Translations under genes and position numbers: made by a program | Part shown: one piece after another, positions 49,168 to 62,109 of the stretch | Position numbering within the stretch: position 1 is the first letter of the stretch | Layout: every line of letters starts with the position of its first letter | The notes under the pieces: model-generated | Seen by the model: only the letters and a program-made list of their open reading frames with translations | Databases searched by the model: none | Told to the model about the DNA's origin: nothing | From: Dicyema japonicum | Taxonomy: Eukaryota > Animalia > Dicyemida | NCBI GenBank assembly: GCA_011109175.1 | Contig: RDEW01000001.1 | Location: 5,724 to 69,723, forward strand | Direction of reading: 5' to 3' | Length of the DNA stretch: 64,000 nucleotides

Positions 49168-50701
49168 CCTCCTCCTTGCCCTCTTCGTTCAGGCCAATTT
49201 CCTTAACATCTGTTGTCTCAAAAATCCTCGAAAGGATCATTCTTAACGAAATCACTCCCTACCTCGACCTCTCCGACTCACAACATGGTTTCCGTCATTT
49301 ACACTCGACCACCACGCACTTACTGACACTAACCCAATACATCTCCAACGGTTTCAACAACTGCAAACCCCCGGAACGAACTGTCTTGGCCTCTATTGAC
49401 CTAACTAAAGCTTTCGACAGAATCTCCCGTGTGGTCCTCTGCAACAAGATCTATTCTACAAATATTCCCTCTGTATGGAAGTCATGGCTCACAAATTTCC
49501 TCTCGGGAAGACTGGGTCATACGTGTCTATATTCAAATCTATCAAGATATCGACTCCTACCAAACGGTGTTCCCCAGGGATCAGTCCTTTCACCCTCACT
49601 TTTCAACCTTTACGTCAAAGACATCCCAACAACCCAAAATACGTTACTATTGACATATGCCGATGATCTAGTAATCGCATCCAGGAGTGGCGATGTTCGA
49701 CTGGCCACCGAAAAAGTGCAGTACCACCTGAACTTGCTATCCGACTGGATGAACTTAAACTGGATGAGTGTTTCCACCTCGAAGTCATCAGCTACCCTGT
49801 TCACAACCGATCGAAGACAATTCAACCTAAACCCCACACTCTCGTTGGGAGACGAACCACTCCCCTTAAATAAATACCCGAAGATCCTTGGAGTTGTCTT
49901 CGATCCTTCACTCTGTTTCAACAGACAAGTGGAGGAAGTAATGACAAAAGCCAAGCGGAAACTTAACATATTACGGGCAGTAGCTGGCCACTCAAACGGT
50001 CAGCAAAAAGAAAACTTAACTCTTCTCTACAAGCAGTTCATCAGGACTACACTCAACTACGCCTCACCAAGTTGGGCCCCCTCAATCTCCTTGTCCCTTT
50101 CTCAAGAACTGCAGAAAGTGCAAAACTCGGCGCTGAGAATAATAACTGGCTGTTTAAAGTCAACCCCCACCGACCATTTACATTGGGAGTCGAAAATCCT
50201 CCCGCTCTATGACCACCTGGAAATGCGTAATTTACAATTCCTACGGCAGTCGTTCGACCCGAATCACCCAGTTCACGCTCTGCTAAGTAACAATAACCTC
50301 AGATACATACGCAGGACCCTCTTTGACCTACAAAGAGCCTTGTCGAAGATCACCCCCCTCAAGAAGACTCAACTTGGACCCGCCGAATACATGATTTCAT
50401 CTCGACACGGGCCATTAGGACACTTCAATATAACAAAGTCTTGGAGCGCTTCCCCCCTGATATCAGTCCAACGGAACAATCGCTCCCGAGGAAGATCAGA
50501 ATCGGACTGGCTCGCCTACGATGTGGACACCACCCTTTCTGGCTGGCAGAGTAGTTCGGGACTTTTTCCCTGCCCTGGACCACCGGATGCAAAAGTCGAG
50601 GATCTCTGGGAGCGGCCTGTCCGGACTGCACGCTCTCTGATGGTCGCCGGCTTCCCACTTGCTGGCGAAGCCGGGGTTAATAATTTAATTTATAACAAAA
50701 C
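49168..50701 (+). mobile_element. 5'-truncated I/Jockey-group non-LTR retrotransposon with long intact RT frame
   Basis: ORF 49176-50741: FRPISLTS, QHGFR, DLTKAFD, GVPQGSVLSP, TYADD, LGVVFD, C-terminal DLWERP; candidate 9 bp TSD ACAACAAAG (49159-49167 / 50702-50710). Confidence 0.92.
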
Positions 50702-52339
50702 ACAACAAAGAACGTTGGCAATCCATGCTCAGAAAAGCTAGGAATAATACTTTCTTCACTGTATTATGGAAATCGATAAGGATGCACAAGAAATGCTCTC
50801 CACATTTAAATGGACATGGAGAGCCATGACATTGTGAAGTACTATGTTCCGTGAAAATCGAAGCTAGCTAAAAAGGGCTTCCAAAATTTCGAAACAATGG
50901 ACTTCTGGAAAGTCCCAGTCTTCATTAATGGAATCTTTAAGAACCGAGGCACGTGCCATTGCGACTACGAGGATTCAGTTATACTGCCGATACGCACTTA
51001 CATGGGTTTGAAGAAAGAACATCCTGCTGAAGTCTCTCTTGGGACGTGTCGGGATCACGTGATTAGTTAGTTTGGTGTTATTGTGGTCTTTGAAATTTTT
51101 TTATTTCATTATTTATGATACTCTGTCTCCCACATGTTAGTGAGGTTGGGAAACTAACAAGGAGGCAACTGGAAAGGTTATAACTGCTGTTAGAAAATAT
51201 CGTGGCGAATTTTCCAACACATTTGTAACTACGAAAACATAGAATCTTTTGTCTAGGTGTCACTATCGAATCTGATTTTCCCTTCATAAGTTTGACATTA
51301 CAAGCTTACAAGACTTTTCTGGGTATTTTCCTTCACTACTACTACCAAAAATTTAAAAAAATTTACGTAAAAAGAAACTTGCAAGAAGCTGCTTTTTCAG
51401 GTTTTACTTGCATTTATTATACCACATAGATTGTCAAGAAATAAATGTGTAAAAAACTAGCTATTAAGTGACCCCAGCATCCAATAAGGATCTAATTCTC
51501 TCCATCTGATCCGTTAACAATTCTATGGTATTCCGGAAATGTCTCCGCTAATGTCTATGTAGTACTTGATAGGAGTACTGTATCTTTACGATACTATTGA
51601 AGATACTGGATGAGAAAGTAGTATGGAATAAGGTAAAGCGTAACCCAAAGTATTGATATGCTTATAGGAAATGTGGAAGTTATTTAAAAAAAACCCTGGC
51701 CATTTTGCAACGTTGCCTCATCAGAAACGAGGTCGCCAATGGGGATGTCCGTGTGGTGCATAATTCTCCGCCTAAGGGATTTCAAACGGTCCACCCTCGA
51801 AGGGGAATCGCAAACCTCAGGCGGAGTAGGCATGTTCAATGGTAGTACGATGATATTTTGTGCTGCTCGTAGTATAATAGCAAATTAATAAAAGAACCTA
51901 CCAGAATATGTCATTTCTTCTTAAATGTACTCAGATTCCTTAATTTTATCCAAGGCAGGATTCCACATCATAACCATGGATTAAGTGCATTAATCCGTCA
52001 GTTCATATATCCTTTAAAAAATTGGATGATAAATCACCACTCCTCTTGAGAAGATGAAGTTCAGTCACGTTAAGTTACTAGTTTTCCCGCTTAAAAAACC
52101 TAATATTGTAATCTTATTTATTTAACCTCTAGCATACAATATTTGTTAAGTACAGCTCAATCATGGATAATTAATCCATTCTAGAACTCGTCACCATGGA
52201 ACAAAATGGTGTTCCAGTTGAATTAATAGATGAATACGTTAGAATGCCGGCCAAAGAATGGGTGTCTCTTGAGTAGGTGGATCCAATGACGCCACCCGAA
52301 AAGAAGAAGACAAATATTCAATCAAATGGAAGAAGTTCG

Positions 52340-52715
52340 GAATTTGTTACTCCTAAAGGTAGTTTATCCCAATATTGTTAAGACAAGATTTGACCCATCT
52401 ACGTGTGTTGATGCATACTCTCCGAAGAATTTGGCCGCTCCAGTCTCTGACCCAGGTCATGCTTCTAAATAATCCGAGGATCAGGAGAGAAGGCAATACT
52501 GAGAATTTCGGAGGATCACCTGTTTGTCCCATTTTTGTTGGGACGTCAGAAATCTTTTTCACAAGCTGACGATCTAGTCTTCTAGATTGGCTCAATTATC
52601 CAAAGGGTCACCAATGATCCACGTGAGACTGATATGTTTCGGGGCATATCTCGATAGCAATCTTCAGAGGAAACAGCATGGCCATTAAATCTCCTTAATT
52701 TTAGTGCTCTTTTAA
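52340..52715 (+). mobile_element. CRE-like C-terminal fragment, diverged copy
   Basis: STCVDAYSP..EDQERR.Y..DHLFVPF..ISIA motifs, homologous to 12116-12400. Confidence 0.6.
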
Positions 52716-54199
52716 CTTTAATCTTTTTAATTCAATCATTTCAATCAATAATGTAAGTTCCTATGACAAGGTCTCCTTTATGCGCAAATCTTGAAATTCA
52801 TCGATGTAATGAAAAACGAGTTTTTCAATAGAAAATAAAACATGTTTTCAATATTCTCCTACAAAAACAAAGTCGACGGGAAACAGAGTTATCTGACAAA
52901 AGTATCTTCATTATTTTTTGTTCAAATTTATGACCAAGTATAATCCGAGCAATGACACGACAAACAGGAATTATCAGGTTTTCGCCAATGGTATGAGGTT
53001 GCAGTTCATTTGCTATCAATTCAGAAATCAGATATGAAAAGTTCAATGATTCCGATGAGCTCACAAAGTATCACTAAACAACATTTGATTAGATCTACAA
53101 TACATAGTAAAACTAAAAAATACTTGTGTTGTTTTTTCAAACGATAAAATAATCCACAGTTTTTTGAAATAGTCCGAATCTTGAAAGTAAATTGTTTCTT
53201 GAAACCTCATGCAAATTAGTTTTTTAAATCCAAATGACAAATAATAATCTTTGTATAATTGACGAACTGATTTACAAATTTAAAAACAAATAATGTAAAT
53301 AATTTTATTCAAATTTTTATTTGGCTTGCGGCCACTAGAAATTGTCTCGAAACACACTTTGACAATTTCTGTTATAGGCTCACCCTCCGGTGTCTTGCAA
53401 GCCTCCTGATTGACCTGATAAACTGAGTAGTCATTGGGTCTAAAATATGAGCCGTCTCAAACAAGATCGACTTGAATGCGACCGACTTCAAATGTCATAG
53501 TACTTCCTTTATTCAAAACTTAATTGGTGCTCTCTGCGAAACTTGCGCAATGATGACTTAAGCAGATTCGCGTAGAGAAAGTTTGTGTGCACGTTGAATC
53601 CCAAACAAGACACCTCCATTGGCACTACGACATGGTCTTTACGCCAACCCTCATGTCATCACCTCTGTCAAGACCGATGAGTAAACCTCACGACACTCGA
53701 GTTTATCATGGCGTGACAAAGAAATCTCCCGGACAAGGGAATTTGCAATTTTTATTATTGCAAATTTCTGCTTATTTTATGAACACGATTTGACTAATAT
53801 GTTTAAAAAAATGAATCATTATTTTTTATAATTTTAATTGAAGTTTAATTTTTTTCTAAAATTTGTTCTTTTATAGCTATTAATATTTGTAATTAGGTCT
53901 CGTTGGGTCAATCCATCATTTGTACAAAGATTGAAAAGATAATAGATTTCAGAAAAAAGTCTTTAAGAATGAATTCACTCATTAATTCTTCAACAGTAAT
54001 GTGAATCAATTTTTTTTATAAAAAAAATTAAAAATTTAATTAAAATTAATATTAAAAATCAGTACAGTCTGACAAAGATTAGGTGCTCTTAGGTATGACC
54101 TTCAGTGAAGTTGCTAACTTACTGATCCCAGTTCTTGCATTTACAGTGAGACGCATCCTGTCATCGCCTATTGTGGGAATCTATCCAGCAGAGTGGAAG

Positions 54200-54440
54200 G
54201 CGGAGCTTTTTATAGTTGAAAAATGAAACAGTCTCTCTCCAGTAGTAAAGAACTTTTTTGATTCGAATAATGATTGGATTGTGATCGGAAGATAATCATA
54301 ATGCACCGCCCAAGATGTGTCGGTACAAGGTTTGGGGAACAGAAAGTAATGTCTGGGGGCGTTGATGGTTCTTCTTTTTTGTAAGATGTCCTAATTTGCT
54401 TCCTGGGGTTGTTGAGGATTGTCAGAGAGGTGTTCATTGA
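54200..54440 (-). mobile_element. APE endonuclease C-terminal fragment of a non-LTR element
   Basis: STPPDITFCSPNL..SDH-like motif in ORF 54210-54437. Confidence 0.5.
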
Positions 54441-54790
54441 ATATTTATTTATTTTATTTATTTAACACTGAAGACCACGGTAAAACCAAAACTAAATATC
54501 ACGTGATCCCGATGCGCTCCGCCAAAATCCTCATTCTTTCCCGGTGCTCCTCCCTCGTACCCTCGTAATGGGCAGCTGACTTTATTTGCAGAGCCACCTT
54601 CCTGCATGCCGGAGTTTTGTTTAATGAGGGCCTCCAGAGTAGTCGGTCCGGTTCTGTGTCTCCCACAAGACTACGCTCCGTCATTCTGAAAGCCTTTTTT
54701 TGAACGTCCTAGATTTTCTTAGTTTTCGTCCATGATAATGAAGGTCCCCACGAAGCACACGCGTGCGAGAAGCATGGTTCGATGCATTGC
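54441..54790 (-). mobile_element. Non-LTR 3' fragment, same family as 41988-42414
   Basis: Ends EEHRERMRILAERIGIT* (cf. EEHRKNLSILLRRTGIT*); (TAAA/TAAAA)n tail at ~54441-54465. Confidence 0.7.
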
Positions 54791-54925
54791 TTGTAAATGT
54801 TCAATATTAAAATATATCTATAAAATTAAATAATTAATCAACAAAATTAATTAATTTATCGTGAACAAATGCGTCTAGTGTGATTAACTAAGAAAAATTA
54901 AAGAAATTAAAGGAAATCAGTAATA

Positions 54926-56154
54926 CAGTCGAACCCCGGGGTGGGGCATCAAAGTGCCCCAAAAAGCGGGGGTGCCCTCTAAAACAGGGGTTTGGTTCAA
55001 ACTATTGATTTATGGTTGATTTAACTTAAACTTTTGTTTACTTTGCGAAAAAGGAACTTCTTCACTTCTTCCAAAGTGTTTATAAAATAAGTTGTGATTT
55101 TTTGCTCTATAGTTTAATAGATTTCTATTCTATGTTTTTTATTCGATTTTTATTAATTAACAAATTATTATTTCAAAGCATTTTTTTGAAATAATCAGTC
55201 AATTTCAAATTTTTTTTATTTCTTAGATCTTTCCAAGTTGAAATCTAAACTCATAATATTTTGTAATGTCTCAAAAGATGTATTTTGAGCTACATTTCTA
55301 ACTTATCCATCATTTCATAAGTTTCTGATATCGTTGTTTTGTCCTCTGTGTCAACTCCATTATAAAACTCGCAACTTGACTAGATCTTCGTTTTCTTCAG
55401 ATATTACTTTAGATACTATTTCTTCCAGGAGTTCTTCCCCACAATTTTTATCTTCAACTGATTCTTCTCTATTTTCCTCAATTTTCTTCCAACAATTAAT
55501 TATTGTTGCTTCTTTAACTTCCATCCACGCTTTTTTAACAAGTACCATAATCTGTCGCATATTTATATTTTTCAAAGATTTAAGATTAATTGTTGTATCG
55601 TCTAACCAACCGTTTGAGGCTTTAAAAGATGTTGAATAATTCAATTTTGTCGATATTTTTTTCGCGATGGCTTTGATTAAAGTACCCGAAATAGAAAAGG
55701 AATCATCCCTCAAACGACGAAAAGCATTAAAAGTTAATCCGTCAAGTTTTTCAAATTGATTGACTTCATTTGAAACTGGTTCAACTTTATCTATTTGAAC
55801 TAATCTTGAAATGACTGATCCGGTATTAATGAAAGAAGAAATGTTTTTTTTTGATTCGGGAAATAGTGCATTTGCTTATCTTGAATTTTTTTGCAACTTC
55901 TATTTCAGAAGAAGTTTGTAGACACTTTGCAATTTTAATTTTTGTTTCAATAGAAATTTTGGAAGGCATTACACAAAGACAATTATCACGTGTTCAAAAA
56001 TAATATTATTCAAAATACGTAAAGTGCCCCATACTGGGGTTTTAATAATTTCCAAATTTGGAAATTATTAATGGAAAATGTACTAGAAAATAAAATCGCC
56101 CCAAAAAGCGAGGGTGCCTCAAGGCGGGGGTTTTATTGGGGCGGGGTTCGACTG
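54926..56154 (-). mobile_element. Internally deleted Tigger element with both TIRs and TA TSD
   Basis: TA|CAGTCGAACCCCG (54924-54938) and CGGGGTTCGACTG|TA (56142-56156); HTH ..SGTLIKAIAKKI..FKASNGWL fused directly to C-terminal KKAW..V.EATIINCWKK, so the DDE core is missing. Confidence 0.9.
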
Positions 56155-56689
56155 TATTAACCATGGATAATATGTCATCACCTCAACTTTCTGATAAATA
56201 ACGATTTACTTATTTTTTTAATACACTCTGTTTGTTATTTACTAACCCCACGCACGCGTGCACATGGTCTAGGGCATGTCGTGAGTTTCGATTATTTGAA
56301 AAAAATATTGAGTCTTTTCTGGGACCTCCACAGCCCGGACTTGATGGGCATGTATTCTCAATTTGGTTAACCGACTGATCTGCTGATTCGTCACCCGCAT
56401 TTCTTGTGCACGTATCCTTAATTCGGTTAACCGACTACTATGGTGTTCTGTGATTCTTCATCCCACATGTGCTTAGGAGACTTGAAATAAGTATTTTATT
56501 ATTGCTTTTGTAAGAATAAAGTATGTTAATAATAAATTAACGCAGCCATCCATTCAACGTGGTCCCCGCCCACATTATCGATGTTGCCTCTTACAATTGC
56601 AACAGAAATCAACTGGAGAAGCCACCGGGTCTGTAAAAAAGTGTTTAAATTAGAAGTTTAAAAATTCAAGTTTTAATTTTTCACCCACG

Positions 56690-57760
56690 TGGGATGTTAG
56701 CCACGAGTCCTCGGTCGGCCAGGTCTTCTCTTCCCAGTAATATTGCTCAGCATAATGGTTTTTTCCAGTTAATCAGAGCGGACAACATGCCCAAAGAAGC
56801 CAACCGTGTTTTACGATTCTTCCTCTAGCGAAATGTCCGTCTCTACCCGTTTGAATACATCGATGTTTGTTATTTTGGAAGTCCAACGGATTTTTAGTAA
56901 CCTCCTCCAGCACCACAGCTCAAAAGCATCAATTTTTTGTCTATCCGCCTTTTTCAATATCCATGTTTCTGCGCCGTATAGAAAATCCGGGAACACGATT
57001 GCATTAACCAGTCTGCATTTGGTCCTTGAGCAAATATCTTTGCTTTTTAAAATTCTATTAATTCTCTGGAAGGTGTCTCGTTTCATGGCAATTCGCCCTT
57101 TGATTTCCTTCTCTGAATCTTGGAATCAACTTCCTGAGGCCATCCTCTGTTTCAGCCAGTTAGGTTGTATCGTCAGCATAGCACAAATTATTGATGTTCC
57201 TGCCTCCAATTTTAATCCCGATATTTGATACAGTATCCAATTTAGTCATGATCATTTCGCCATAAATATTAAATAGGATGGGAGATAATAAGCATCCTTG
57301 TCTTACTCCTTTGCCAATTTTGAACCAATCGGTATCTCCATACACTGTTCTAACAATAGCTTCTTGATCCTTATAAAGAGATTTGATAAGCAATATCAAA
57401 TGGGCATCAAATCCAAATTCTTTTAAAGCGGACCACAGCTTGTCATGTATAACGGAATCATAAGCTTTCCGATAGTCAATGAAGCACGTCTACACTCTTT
57501 TGGGATTCATAAGCTTTCTCCATAATCTACCGGACATTTGCTATATGGTCACGTGTGCTTCGTCCCTTCCTGAATTTTGATTGGACATCCGGTAGAATCA
57601 TTTCGGCATTTGGCATTGACGATGTTGTTTATCTTTAGAAGTATTTTGCTGACGTGGGGAGTTAAGGCTATTGTACGATAGTTTGAACAATACCTAAGAT
57701 ACTTATTCCACGGAATCTCTCTACCATTTCATCACTGTCACCTATTTGCAGAACTTTCAT
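56690..57760 (-). mobile_element. Degenerate RTE (BovB-like) RT fragment
   Basis: KGVRQGCLLSPILFNIY, NNLCYADDT, LYGAETW..AFELWCWRRLLKIRWT. Confidence 0.88.
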
Positions 57761-58119
57761 TATTGACCCATTCACTTTACGTGTCTTCTTTGTCTTTTAT
57801 TATATTTTAACTAAAATAAGCACAAATAAACTCTATTAACATTTGGGAGATCACTCATTAATATGTCAGTCACCACTTGTGCGTCCTCATGAAACACTGG
57901 TTAGTTATTTAATACATTAGCTATTATTGCAATATAATGACGATTGACTCTTCATTAACATCTTAGTGAATTTACTCATCACAACTATCAATCACTGTAC
58001 TTTTCTTTATCTGAGATAATTATCTCACCATGTTGACTAACTGGGGTTCCAACTTTACTTATAAAACCCCTAAGACAACATCACTATGAATGGAATCCCG
58101 AAGATAATAGAGCCATCCT

Positions 58120-58255
58120 CTATAGTCTCTCTTCCAATATTACCTTTTACAGTCTCCTCAATATTGAATTCCTCCAAGTATTATCTTTTATAGTTTCCTC
58201 CAATATAGAATCTCTCCCAATGTTATCTTCTATAGTCCTCCTCAATGGGGACCCT
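58120..58255. repeat. Degenerate ~39 bp tandem repeat (3 units)
   Basis: Recurrent CTCC..AAT.TTA.CTT.TA.AGT..CCT..AAT; minus strand reads (I/L)EET(I/V)x(D/G)NIGR-like units. Confidence 0.5.
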
Positions 58256-59159
58256 CTCAAAAATTGCTCTCTATTGACCTCTCAGATGCAGGTCCACCTT
58301 CACCATTAACCACCTGTCTTTTATTTCTTCACAGAAACTGCATTCAAAACCAGATAACTCCTAGGTGGAGTAACAGAACGATTGGGCATTAAAGATGGGT
58401 GATGAGACGACATAACTGGAGATTGTGAAGTCTCTGTTTGATCACTTATTATTCCAAATATAAAGTTTTAACTTCTAGTAAATCTAATATAACACGTGGT
58501 GATCTCCTAATTGCCGTATGAATTTTGTTTTTGTTGGAAAATAAACTCAAATATTGATTCTAAATATTATAAATGAGAATACAGTAAAATGCCGTTATCT
58601 TGGGGATTATTATTCTATTGGAAGTTTCATGACCGTAAACACGTGACTTTCTGAATTAGAGTGATGCTCATTCAACAAGTAGTTGTTCATCATCAGTGAT
58701 ACCTGTAAATAATAATAATTACTTAATCAGTCAATTACTCTTATCTGAATTTCCATTTAATGCCTTTTTTGCAACTCCCTGCTTTTGACTCATCACGACA
58801 TAAAAATAATGTCCGCCAATTATTATTTTTATTTATATAATATTAATTGTGACCAGCACATAAATGGACAGGTTGCATAAATTACAAAATAAATTATAAA
58901 AATAAATATTATCCTATTGTAGAGATATGTTTTTATATAAATTTTATTATAATCTTATGTTTTTAATTATTTTTTAATTACACGTGTAAGAACAATTTTG
59001 CCGAGATAGACCTAATAGTATGTGGTGGAATAGTTTATAAAACATAATGAGAGAAGATTACTGCCTTGTTTTAAACAAATGTGTTTATTTCCAAGTATTG
59101 GTTATTTATTTATTAGCTAGTCAAAAAATTGATGGACAAATTCACCCATTACTCCAATT

Positions 59160-59950
59160 ATTTCCAAGAGACCGTTGCATCGCAGATCTTATAGATCTCA
59201 GAAGATATTCAGAAATAATTCGATAAACTCGTGTGCAAACTTCAATAATTTTTACATGAAGGTTTTACTGGTCGTTGACTCATTCATTAAGTTTGACGTT
59301 GTGGAACTGGCAAAGAATAAAAGTGCATTGGAAATCTCATCTCTACTTGAGAATATATTTTACATTATTGGAGAACCCGTTATTCTTCAAACTGATAACG
59401 GAAAGGAGTTTCGCAATTCTGAAATGGATAGGCTCTGTGAATTTTTTAAAATAAAGCATATTCGTGGAAGGCCTAGAGCACCGTTGGTACAAGGAAAAGA
59501 TGAAAGGTTTATTTTAAAGATATAATAAATAGGTTCAATCAAGTAAACGATGGATACATGTGCTTCAGCTGGAAGTTTTGGAGTTTACTTTAACATTTCA
59601 AAGAGGATTGCATGATTACAATCGAACAAAACATGATACGAAGAATATTCCCTTTCAAAGTTTTATGGGAAATAAACGCATTAATGGCATCCATGGAGCC
59701 TACCCAGAAGAAGTAAATTACGAAAACAATAAAAGTTCGAAGATGAACCACAGAATATGAAGATTCTGGAAAATCTTAAAAAAGCAGGCGAGAAAATGAA
59801 AAAAAGAAAATGACATATGATGAGAAAAATATAAGTGGGAGATAAAGTGATTATTAGACATGATTATGATGCAAACGTGACAAACAGAAAGTATCCTTTG
59901 TTTGATGAAATACAAACAAATATGTATACAGTGATTCATCAAGAAGTACA
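59160..59950 (+). mobile_element. rve-type integrase relic (Ginger/KRBA2-like)
   Basis: ADL.DL, VVDSFIKF, NKSALEI..IF.IIGEPVILQTDNGKEF, IRGRPRAPLVQG, YNRTKH, downstream VGDKVIIRHDYDAN. Confidence 0.75.
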
Positions 59951-61559
59951 TAATTATGATCTAGATTCTAGAAAATATGGAAAAAATGTAAATATCTCGT
60001 GACTTGCTAAAATTTTAAAATAAATAGTTGACATTTTTTACTTTTTGTATTATGTCGTACACGAGGTTTGGTAATAAAGTTTAAATAAAAATGTTAATTA
60101 GAGTTACTCTAAAGACTAGAAATTGTAACAAAAAAGTATTAAAGATCATATTAATCGAAAAATCCGCGATTCATTTGCTGTCTTCAAGAAACGAAATTTA
60201 CCGCACATTCTATTACGAAATTGGATGATTAGTATATAATTACTTTGGACTCTGATTGTCGACATTATGGTCTTGGATTTGCAGTCCATAGAGAAAAGAA
60301 AAGTAGACAAGCAGGTTGAGGAAATCGAGAGGTATAATGATAGAACCAGCCATCCGGGTTATCAACAACAAGAAAGTGCAGGAGAACATAATTATTTGCA
60401 ACCAACTCGGACCAATGTAACGATTGATATTGAAAGAGTGAATATAAACTTTTTTTTCGCTTTATCGATTTTGGGTAGATTTCTGTGATATTGGGAAGTT
60501 TCTGCGACTATAGGAGGTGGATACATTTAATTGGGGGTAGTTTGTTAAATATAGAATATTTGTTGGTTAAATAAATATAAATAATTCATGTATAAAAAAT
60601 TTAGAGTTCTAATTGAGTGAGTGAAATTCGTCATTAAGGTAGTTGAGGAAGAATCAGAGACCTCATCTTCATCAAATTTTTTAACAAATTTCCTTCATTA
60701 CCCACGCAAGCTTAGCAGAAAGGATCCTTCACTATTTTAGACTTTAATTCACTCCACACAGCAAAATTTTTCAGTTTGTAATGTCATACATTTTCTTAGA
60801 TTTCTTCAAATCTAATACTTGTGAGAGGGTGTAGAAATATGGACTAAATGTAGAAAATATGGATAGAGTGATCTAAAGACTGATCCTAAAGATCCTAAGA
60901 TAAATCACACAGAGTATACTCGTAAAAGTGCTGAATCGATCTTTCCCTCCTCTACATTTTCGTATTTATTGCTTGTTCAGGTAATTTCAGTAAAATGGTG
61001 TTTTATTTTGACGGCTGATTCGAAATCCTATTGTAATGTTGGCTCAAAGACCGTTTCCGTTTTGCAATTGGCTAAATGTTATCAGATTAGTTCTCGCGAG
61101 AGATTGGAAGCACATGAAAACGACATTATTGCATAAGAACTGTAACGTGTGAAAAGTTTGCTTTGGGATGTATTAATGTCCATCTTATTTAAATAAAGAT
61201 CTAGTAAATTGTATTAAAAAAAATCATTATAATTCATTATTATTAGTGGGTCCACTATTGCACCATTTGCATGATTAAAACAAATGGTGCTTGGGCAGAT
61301 TTCTTTTCCAATCTAAGCTCAATATATCATGGCGTCTTTAATGTACAGCTATATGGGTTTCCCAGATTTCAATTTGTTCAATATATCAAGTTTTCTGCTG
61401 GTAAAGCTAACACAATATATAACATTGCTTGTCAAGGGGTTGCAATAAACTGGTTACATTTGGTGAAATATTATCGATATTTTTAATTTTATTTGCTTCT
61501 TGTGAGGGGCAGAATATCAATTACCAACAAACACTTTCTTTGTAGGTTTGGCTAAATTT

Positions 61560-61830
61560 AAATCCCGATTAAAAAGTAACTAAAAATATTATTCGTCACC
61601 CACGCATTTGAAGAGTTTGAAACAATCCGCTATACAAGAATGATTTAAACATCTAGGCTTTACAAATTTGGAGATTCTATTTTAATGATTTAAATCCCTT
61701 TCTAATGCCTTTTTGATGGAATATATTTTGTAAAAATTCCTGTTTCATCAGCATTATAAACATTTTCGTTTACCATACTGTTCAAATTTTTTTCTTCAAG
61801 TGAAAAGTTTTAAACATCTTCTTGGCATAT
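61560..61830 (-). mobile_element. Tigger/pogo DDE relic
   Basis: NENVYNADETGIF and NAWVTNNIF motifs. Confidence 0.55.
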
Positions 61831-61848
61831 TTGAAGGGCTAAAATAAT

Positions 61849-62109
61849 TAGTTAGTTAGGTAACCAGAATCACTAACTTGTAAGAGGCCAGCAGATAATA
61901 AATAGGACGCAGCAGATGTTGGTCGCTCCCATAGATCGGTCAATACCGGCATTGTAGACAAATGTTGTGCTAATTCATGATATTCAAATTGGTTTGTTGT
62001 CAACACGTAGAGGTTGCCAAAGAGGACAGATGATATCGTTCGTTGGTAGATAGGGGTGGTGTCCACATGGTAGAGGAGCCAGGTTTACCCGACGTACTTC
62101 GGAAGATAA
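61849..62109 (-). mobile_element. 5'-truncated non-LTR insertion related to 49168-50701
   Basis: 11 bp TSD GCTAAAATAAT (61838-61848 / 62110-62120); LPCGHHP and DLWERP motifs shared with the 49 kb element. Confidence 0.85.
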
